This document shows positions 7,907 to 13,564 of a stretch of DNA of 13,564 nucleotides, one piece after another (positions within the stretch are counted from its first letter, which is position 1; every line of letters starts with the position of its first letter). The notes below the pieces were generated by a model. That model was not told the origin of the DNA. It searched no databases and saw nothing but the letters and a program-made list of their open reading frames with translations. A program made the position numbers and the translations under genes. This stretch comes from Myxococcota bacterium (lineage in GTDB: Bacteria > Myxococcota_A > UBA796 > GCA-2862545), in contig JBCCQY010000205.1 in assembly GCA_039208735.1 (NCBI GenBank), forward strand, positions 1-13,564, written 5' to 3'.

Positions 7907-8341
7907 ATGTTCGCGTTGTTCGCCGTTTCCATCGCCGTGGCAGGCCCTGTTCCCATGTTTGGGGGAGCCCCTCGGCCACCCGTGGCCCCGGTCGCTGGCG
8001 GAGGACCGGCCGTGCGTGCGCCCGTGGTTCCGTCGCGGGGGGTTACTCGCTTCCCGGTGGTGGTTGGCTCTTCGGTGGTGGTCGGCTCCTCCGTCGTGGT
8101 CGGCTCTACCGTGGTGGTGGCGACACCGCAGGCCGAGCCCGTCGAGCCTGTCGACGCCCATCCCACCCTGTTGCCTTTCGTAGAGGCGGCGCCGCCCAAG
8201 ACCAAGGTGGCGAGCCCCGGTCGTCTCACACCGATTGACCAGCTGCCAAGTGCGTTCAAGCCTCTTGCAGAGGCTGAGAATCGTCTTCCGGTGGTCACCG
8301 TGCGACGGGTCATCGTCATCGAGGCCCCAGAGGCCCCTTGA
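7907..8341 (+). CDS. Hypothetical secreted Pro/Val-rich protein with VVVGSS repeats
   Basis: AGGAG SD at 7894-7898 and ATG at 7907. Signal-like N-terminus MFALFAVSIAVAG, then low-complexity sequence. It ends 4 nt before the likely start of the exonuclease gene. Confidence 0.55.
   Translation: MFALFAVSIAVAGPVPMFGGAPRPPVAPVAGGGPAVRAPVVPSRGVTRFPVVVGSSVVVGSSVVVGSTVVVATPQAEPVEPVDAHPTLLPFVEAAPPKTKVASPGRLTPIDQLPSAFKPLAEAENRLPVVTVRRVIVIEAPEAP
8057..8128 (+). repeat. Degenerate 18-bp tandem repeat x4 (VVVGSS/VVVGSS/VVVGST/VVVATP)
   Basis: GTGGTGGTTGGCTCTTCG GTGGTGGTCGGCTCCTCC GTCGTGGTCGGCTCTACC GTGGTGGTGGCGACACCG. Confidence 0.85.
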
Positions 8342-8345
8342 TCCC

Positions 8346-9239
8346 GTGAGTTCGTCACCTACTCGTGGTCCTGTGATGATCCTGGATGCGATGTCGCTGC
8401 TATTCCGCAGCTTCTACGCGCTTCCACCCATGAACACCGCCGACGGGACGCCTACAAACGCGCTGTATGGTCTGTCGAGCCTCTTTTTGAAGCTCATTCG
8501 CGAACATCGTCCTCGCGCCCTCGCATTTGCGGTGGACCTGCCCAAACCGACCTTTCGGCATGTGGCGTATCCGGACTACAAGCAGGGTCGCGCCAAGAAG
8601 CCCGACCCCCTGCGCCAACAGCTGGCGAGGTTTGGCCAATGGATGGCGTCGCTGCAGGTTCCCGTTCACGCCCAAGAAGGGTTCGAAGCGGATGATGTGA
8701 TTGCGACCCTGGCGACCAAACTTGACGATGTACTTGTGGTGTCGGGCGATACCGACCTGTTTCAAGTGGTCACCGATGACGTCCGTGTCTGGTTTGTCGG
8801 TCGACGCCAGCGTGATGCGGTGATGATGGACCGCGCCGCGGTCGAGGCGCGCTACACGGTGGGCGCCACGTCCATTCCCACCATCAAGGCGCTGATGGGC
8901 GATTCGTCCGACAACCTGCCGGGACTGCATGGCGTGGGGGTCAAGACCGCGGCCTCCTGGATTCGGGCCCATGGCGATGCCCAGGGCATTGTTGATGCGG
9001 TTGCGCACCTCACTCCGGCCCGTCATCGACCTATCGTACAGGCGCACGCGGCCGACCTCGTGACCTGGGAAGAGCTGGCCACGGTACGTCGCGACGTCCC
9101 GCTTGACGGGCCCTGGGCGGCGCCGCTGACCGCTGCATCGTTCGCGGGTCTCGATGCGGAATTTGAGGCGCTCGAACTTCAGAGTCTGCGTCCGCGTCTC
9201 GCTCGCATCGTCGCGGACCTCGAACACGAGTCTTCCTGA
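8346..9239 (+). CDS. Stand-alone 5'-3' exonuclease / flap endonuclease (Pol I N-terminal domain homologue)
   Basis: Motifs LDAMSLLFRSFYA, TNALYG, D...PTFRH..YPDYKQGR, GFEADDVIATLA, VSGDTDLFQ and the H3TH motif ALMGDSSDNLPGLHGVGVKTA. It stops at ~297 aa with no polymerase domain. Start is GTG 8346 (or 8373/8376). Confidence 0.95.
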   Translation: MSSSPTRGPVMILDAMSLLFRSFYALPPMNTADGTPTNALYGLSSLFLKLIREHRPRALAFAVDLPKPTFRHVAYPDYKQGRAKKPDPLRQQLARFGQWMASLQVPVHAQEGFEADDVIATLATKLDDVLVVSGDTDLFQVVTDDVRVWFVGRRQRDAVMMDRAAVEARYTVGATSIPTIKALMGDSSDNLPGLHGVGVKTAASWIRAHGDAQGIVDAVAHLTPARHRPIVQAHAADLVTWEELATVRRDVPLDGPWAAPLTAASFAGLDAEFEALELQSLRPRLARIVADLEHESS

Positions 9240-9248
9240 GCCGAAGCG

Positions 9249-9281
9249 TCCAGCAGGAGTCGCTGACTCCCTGGAGGTTTT
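9249..9281 (+). terminator. GC-rich stem-loop followed by a short T-run; possible weak intrinsic terminator or SD-sequestering hairpin
   Basis: TCCAG-CA-GGAGTC-gct-GACTCC-CTGGA then GGTTTT, starting 10 nt after the exonuclease stop. The 3' arm overlaps the GGAGG (9273-9277) of the next gene. Confidence 0.4.
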
Positions 9282-9282
9282 G

Positions 9283-9567
9283 ATGTTGACCTTGCTTCTT
9301 GCGCTTACCGCCCAGGCTTCCGATGAACCAACGCCTCACGTGGTTCTGCACTCCGGGCCGCAGACCTCGCTCTTCGATGCGACAGAGGTGCATGTTGCGA
9401 CCGAGAAAGGGGCCCATCGCGTGACCACGCCCATCGGTACCTTCGACTTGCCCGCGGGGGCGAAGGCGACCCCGGAGGTGGGGCAGACTTGGCTTCTCAA
9501 CGACAAGCTTTGGGTGGAAGTCGTGGGGTCCACCGACGACTTCCTGGAGTTCGCCGTCGTTGAGTAG
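9283..9567 (+). CDS. Small secreted hypothetical protein (94 aa, beta-rich)
   Basis: GGAGG at 9273-9277 and ATG at 9283. Signal peptide MLTLLLALTAQA-SD has an AxA cleavage site. Confidence 0.75.
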   Translation: MLTLLLALTAQASDEPTPHVVLHSGPQTSLFDATEVHVATEKGAHRVTTPIGTFDLPAGAKATPEVGQTWLLNDKLWVEVVGSTDDFLEFAVVE

Positions 9568-9570
9568 CGG

Positions 9571-10626
9571 CTACGAGGACGCCTCGAGCTGGCGAAATGG
9601 CGTGAGCAGCGAATTGGCGATGTGGGACAACGGAAGCTGATACCGTGCAGCGCCAATCTCGTAGGCGACCTTGGGCATGCCGTACACGACGGAGGTTTCC
9701 TCATCCTGGACGACGGTATGCGCGCCCGCCTTCCGCATGGCGAGAAGCCCGGTGGCTCCATCGCGGCCCATGCCGGTGAGAATTGCACCCGCTGCCTTCC
9801 TTCCCACCACCTCAGCCACCGATTGCATCATCACCGTCACCGAAGGGCGATGCCCATCGACCTTGGGGCCGTTCGAAAGGGCGACCTTGGTTTTTCCACC
9901 TTCGCGGTAGAGGCGAAGTTGCTGGTCGCCAGGCGCAAGAAGGCACCAGCCGGGGCGGACGACGTCGCCATGCTTAGCTTCCTTGGCCCGGAACGCGCAA
10001 ATGCGATCCAGGTTCTGGGCAAGCGGCCCCGTAAACGTATCCGGCATGTGTTGGACCACGACGATGCCGGGTACGTCTTCGGGGAACATGGTCAACACGG
10101 TGCGTAGGGCCTCGACCCCACCCGTCGAAGAGCCGATCGCGATGAGCGTTCCGTCGGTGCGGAGGGGTGCGGCACCGGTGGGCCCGACCTTGACCGTGCG
10201 TCGATTTCGGCGCTGGGTCGGAAAGCGGGTCTGGGCCGCACGCTTGACACACGCCACGAGCCGGACGCAGAAGGCGTCTAAGTCGGCGCTTCGATTCTGG
10301 GCGGGCTTTTCGATGTACTCGACGGCTCCGGCTTCCATGCAATCCGCGTTGACCTTCGAGCTTTGACGGGATGGGGCGGCCACCATGACCACGGGCATGG
10401 GGTACTGCGGAATCAGCCGCTTTAGGAACTCCAGACCATTCATCCGTGGAAGATCGGTGTCCAAGGTCATGACATGGGGACGCAGCTGCACGATCTTGTC
10501 GCGCGCTTCGAATGCGTCGCTCGCCGTGCCCACGACTTCGATGCCGGGGTCATTGGCGAGCCCTCGGGCCAACACCTCTCGCAACAGCGGCGAGGCTTCG
10601 ACGACGAGAACCCGTACTACGCTCAT
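9571..10626 (-). CDS. cheB: Chemotaxis response regulator protein-glutamate methylesterase CheB
   Basis: N-terminal receiver domain plus methylesterase with intact catalytic motifs IGSSTGG, VVQHMP, ILTGMGRDG and QDEETSVVYGMP. ATG 10626 overlaps the cheR stop (ATGA). Confidence 0.97.
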   Translation of the reverse strand: MSVVRVLVVEASPLLREVLARGLANDPGIEVVGTASDAFEARDKIVQLRPHVMTLDTDLPRMNGLEFLKRLIPQYPMPVVMVAAPSRQSSKVNADCMEAGAVEYIEKPAQNRSADLDAFCVRLVACVKRAAQTRFPTQRRNRRTVKVGPTGAAPLRTDGTLIAIGSSTGGVEALRTVLTMFPEDVPGIVVVQHMPDTFTGPLAQNLDRICAFRAKEAKHGDVVRPGWCLLAPGDQQLRLYREGGKTKVALSNGPKVDGHRPSVTVMMQSVAEVVGRKAAGAILTGMGRDGATGLLAMRKAGAHTVVQDEETSVVYGMPKVAYEIGAARYQLPLSHIANSLLTPFRQLEASS

Positions 10627-11465
10627 GAGTTGACTTTGCGGTACATGCCCGGCTGAACCATTTGGAACTGCGGGGCGAAGGTTCGAAGGGTCTCGGTGAT
10701 CCCAACGAAGATCACACCATTGGGCACCATGTACATGGCCATCCGCTCGAGCAGCGCACGCTTCGTCTCGAGGTTGAAGTAGATGAGGACGTTGCGTAGA
10801 AAGACGCAATCAAAGCGCCCTTTGAATAGCCACTTGTCGTTCACCAGGTTGAGGCGCCGGTAGGTGACCTGGTCCCGAATGTCGGCACGAACCTGAAATC
10901 GGCCCTTGCCCTGAGGCTGCATGTACTTGGCCCGCATGGCCGCCGGAAGTCGTTCGACATCGTCGGCGTCATACTCACCCTTTCGTGCGATGGTGAGTGC
11001 GCGGTCTGAGATGTCGGTGGCCAACACGCCGAGCTGCCACGAGCCGTAGGCGGGACCAAACAGCTCGCGCATCAACATGACCAGCGTGTAGGGCTCCTGG
11101 CCCATCGACGCCGCAGCGCACCAGATGCGAATGTCGTGGTCCTTTTCGTGGCGGGTGCGCGCTTCGGGCAGCACCACGTCACGGAAGGCCTCAAAGTGGG
11201 CCGCTTCGCGCCAGAAGAACGTGTGGTTCGTCGAGAGCTTGTCGGCGAGCATCGACAATGTGCTCTTATTGGGCTGCGCCAGGAACCGGTTGAAGTACTG
11301 CTCGAAGGACGTACAGCCTGCGTTGCGCACCATGTGCCGAAATCGGGCGGTGAGCATGGGTCGCTTGTCGGCTTCGATGTGGATGCCCAACTTCGAACGG
11401 AGGACCGTGGTGACGTGAGCGAACTGGGCATCGCTCATCGTCATGTCAAGCTCTTCGACCAACAT
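10623..11465 (-). CDS. cheR: Chemotaxis protein methyltransferase CheR
   Basis: Motifs STNHTFFWREAAHF, IRIWCAAASMGQEPYTL, ATDIS..AL..AR.G.Y and FDCVFLRNVLIYF. It starts 2 nt after the MCP stop. Confidence 0.97.
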   Translation of the reverse strand: MLVEELDMTMSDAQFAHVTTVLRSKLGIHIEADKRPMLTARFRHMVRNAGCTSFEQYFNRFLAQPNKSTLSMLADKLSTNHTFFWREAAHFEAFRDVVLPEARTRHEKDHDIRIWCAAASMGQEPYTLVMLMRELFGPAYGSWQLGVLATDISDRALTIARKGEYDADDVERLPAAMRAKYMQPQGKGRFQVRADIRDQVTYRRLNLVNDKWLFKGRFDCVFLRNVLIYFNLETKRALLERMAMYMVPNGVIFVGITETLRTFAPQFQMVQPGMYRKVNS

Positions 11466-11467
11466 GC

Positions 11468-13564
11468 TTAGTAGCGCCCGAATTCTGCGTCATCGAGGGC
11501 GATGACGTCGGAGGGACGAACCGTGCTCTGGGACGGAGCCGCGTTGGCGCCCGGCACCGGGCGAGCCCCGCCGGATTGAGTCGCCATGAACTGCTGGAAG
11601 GCGGCCATCATTTCGGCGGGGATCCCACCACCGCTGCCACCCGGCATCGGCATTGCCTTGCTCTTCAGCTCGAAGCGGGAGAGCAGCTGACGCAGCTTGT
11701 CGGACTGGTTCGAGAGTTCCTCGGCCGCGGTGGCGCTTTCCTCGGCGCGAACCGTGTTCTGCTGCGTGACCTGGTCGATCTGCTTCAGTCCCAGATTGAC
11801 CTGGCTAATGCCCTGCGCCTGTTCGTTCGAAGCCGACGCAATCTCGCCAATCAGGTCATTCACCTGTCGAACCGAGTCGACGATCTTGGTGAGGGCGGCC
11901 GCGGTTTCGGTGGCGATGGTGGACCCACGTTTCACGCTTGCGATGGAGCCTTCGATGAGTGCAGTGGTCTCCTTGGCTGCGTTGGCGCTCCGAGCTGCGA
12001 GGTTCCGGACTTCCTCGGCGACGACCGCAAAGCCCTTTCCATGAACGCCCGCGCGGGCGGCTTCAACCGCCGCATTCAGTGCGAGCAGGTTGGTCTGGAA
12101 CGCAATTTCGTCGATGACCTTGATGATCTTCGAGATGTTGCCGCTCGATTCATCGATTTCAGCCATCGCTTCCACCATGGCCCGCATCTGCGCGTCACCC
12201 GTGACTGCGAGTTCCCCGGCGTCGGTGGCCAGGCGATTCGCCGACGTTGCATTTTCGGCATTCTGACCGGTCTGCTCCGTCATCTCGGTGATCGACGCCG
12301 AGATCTCTTCGACCGATGCAGCCTGTCGCGACGCGTCGTCCGACAGCGCCTGCGACGAGCTGGCCACTTCGTCGCTGCCCGTACCAATCTGGTCCGATGC
12401 CCCACGGACTTGCCACAGAATATCGTTCAGGGAGTCCAGCGTGTCGTTCAGGGCAAGCTTCAGTGCTGCGTGATCGCCTTGGTAGTCGCCGGTCACATAT
12501 GCGGTGAGATCACCCTTCGCCACGCGCGAGAGCTGTCCGCGAATCTCGAAGATTGGCGCACACACCGCCGCGACGATTTCGTTGATGCTCTTCATCATCG
12601 GCGCGTACACGTCGGAAAGCGAATTGAGGTCGCCGCGATGGTCAAGTCGGCCTTCCTGGCACGCCTTGTACATTTCCTCGACTTCGGCCTGGTAGGCGGC
12701 GCGGGCTTCGCGCGCATCGGTCACGTCCGTCGCGAACACAACCACCTTGAACGGCCGACCTTGGAGGTCAAGGATCGGGTTGTAGGTGGCTTGAAGCCAG
12801 ATGTCACGTCCGTTCTTGTGCTTGCGCCGAAACTCTCCCGAGTGGAAGTCACCGAGGGCCAGCGACCGCCAGAAGTCGGCATACGCCGAACCCTGGCGCT
12901 CCTCCGCGTCGACGAACATGCGGTCGTGCTGACCCTTGACGTCTTCGATGCGGTACCCAAAGGTCTCGAGGAAGTTGTCATTGGCATCGAGCACGATGCC
13001 GTCAAGGTCAAACTCGATGACGGTCTGGGCCTTGCCAATGGCTTCGATCTGCCCTTCGAAGTCGGCCGTCGCGAGGCGCTGGGCCGTGATGTCGGTGGCG
13101 TACTTGATGACCTTGAAGGTCTTGCCTTCGAGGTCAAGAATCGGGTTGTAGGAGGCATCCAGCCAGATTTCCTTACCCGACTTGGTGACTCGCAGGACGT
13201 GAGCCTTGTGGGCTTCGCCACGGAGCAAGCGTCGCCACATGTCAACGTACTCGTTCGAACGTGCGAATTCGTCGGTGACGAACATTCGATGGTGGTTTCC
13301 GACGATTTCCTCTAGCCGATAGCCCATGGTGTGGAGGAAGTTGTCGTTCGCATCCTGAATCGTGCCATCCAGGTCGAACTCGATGATCGCTTGAGTCTTC
13401 CCAATGGCTTCGAGCTGACCTTCGTAGCCGAGCTTCATCTCCGTGATGTCACGCACGAACGCCGTGTAATGGTACTGGCCATGGACCAGGACCTTCGACA
13501 GAGAAAGGTTGACCCAGGGCCGCTTGCCGTCGCGCCGTTCGATCCGCACGTCGCGCGACATCCC
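11468..13564 (-). CDS. Methyl-accepting chemotaxis protein with at least 3 PAS domains, tandem HAMP, signalling domain and C-terminal pentapeptide; 5'-truncated by the window edge
   Basis: Hairpin-tip motif [40 protein letters not shown]. Two full PAS-PAC repeats (IEFDLDG..DANDNFL...WL.A.YNPILD) and the tail of a third PAS. The frame is open to 13564. No TM segment in the visible part. Ends in EFGRY. Confidence 0.97.
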   Translation of the reverse strand, partial: GMSRDVRIERRDGKRPWVNLSLSKVLVHGQYHYTAFVRDITEMKLGYEGQLEAIGKTQAIIEFDLDGTIQDANDNFLHTMGYRLEEIVGNHHRMFVTDEFARSNEYVDMWRRLLRGEAHKAHVLRVTKSGKEIWLDASYNPILDLEGKTFKVIKYATDITAQRLATADFEGQIEAIGKAQTVIEFDLDGIVLDANDNFLETFGYRIEDVKGQHDRMFVDAEERQGSAYADFWRSLALGDFHSGEFRRKHKNGRDIWLQATYNPILDLQGRPFKVVVFATDVTDAREARAAYQAEVEEMYKACQEGRLDHRGDLNSLSDVYAPMMKSINEIVAAVCAPIFEIRGQLSRVAKGDLTAYVTGDYQGDHAALKLALNDTLDSLNDILWQVRGASDQIGTGSDEVASSSQALSDDASRQAASVEEISASITEMTEQTGQNAENATSANRLATDAGELAVTGDAQMRAMVEAMAEIDESSGNISKIIKVIDEIAFQTNLLALNAAVEAARAGVHGKGFAVVAEEVRNLAARSANAAKETTALIEGSIASVKRGSTIATETAAALTKIVDSVRQVNDLIGEIASASNEQAQGISQVNLGLKQIDQVTQQNTVRAEESATAAEELSNQSDKLRQLLSRFELKSKAMPMPGGSGGGIPAEMMAAFQQFMATQSGGARPVPGANAAPSQSTVRPSDVIALDDAEFGRY
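12719..13423 (-). repeat. Internal tandem duplication of a PAS-PAC domain (122-aa / 366-bp period)
   Basis: [20 protein letters not shown]...KYATDIT versus [20 protein letters not shown]...VFATDVT. Confidence 0.9.

Noticed and set aside
1411..8128. Short tandem repeats as possible CRISPR or mobile-element ends
   Set aside because: The 9-bp and 18-bp repeats are in-frame coding repeats with no spacers. No cas, transposase or integrase genes are present.
4607..9227. Long alternative ORFs 4607..5698(-), 6838..7887(+) and 8400..9227(-)
   Set aside because: Each lies opposite a well-supported gene (TPR, FAAL-ACP, exonuclease) and has shadow-like composition.
8346..9239. Truncated polA pseudogene
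   Set aside because: Motifs are intact, the length matches stand-alone FENs, and no polymerase remnants are recognisable downstream.
10627..10809. N-terminal extension of CheB in the ORF track
   Set aside because: It overlaps cheR in another frame. ATG 10626 gives a typical ATGA coupling and a normal receiver start.
11576..13315. 579-aa ORF on the + strand
   Set aside because: Antisense shadow of the MCP with no motifs. Long shadow ORFs are expected at high GC.

Overview
GC-rich, densely coding bacterial window. Its style (exported lipoproteins, FAAL-ACP, chemosensory genes) suggests a Myxococcota/deltaproteobacterial origin, but that is inference only. Left to right: the 5' part of a pirin gene running off the left edge (missing from the ORF track); small hypothetical, PhnA-like zinc-binding, lipoprotein and SRPBCC/DUF2505-like genes; a compact group of arylsulfate sulfotransferase (ASST) lipoprotein, type II thioesterase, TPR protein and a convergent fatty acyl-AMP ligase-ACP didomain; a secreted repeat protein; a stand-alone 5'-3' exonuclease/flap endonuclease; a small secreted protein; and the 3' end of a chemosensory operon (multi-PAS MCP, cheR, cheB). 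There are two main leads. (1) A KS-less FAAL-ACP/TE/ASST/START-fold cluster whose FAAL has basic residues in normally hydrophobic pocket motifs, which may modify or sulfate lipids. (2) A chemoreceptor carrying a DosP-like haem-PAS end (GMSR motif), coupled to a CheB with a degenerate receiver domain. No RNA genes, CRISPR arrays or mobile elements were seen.
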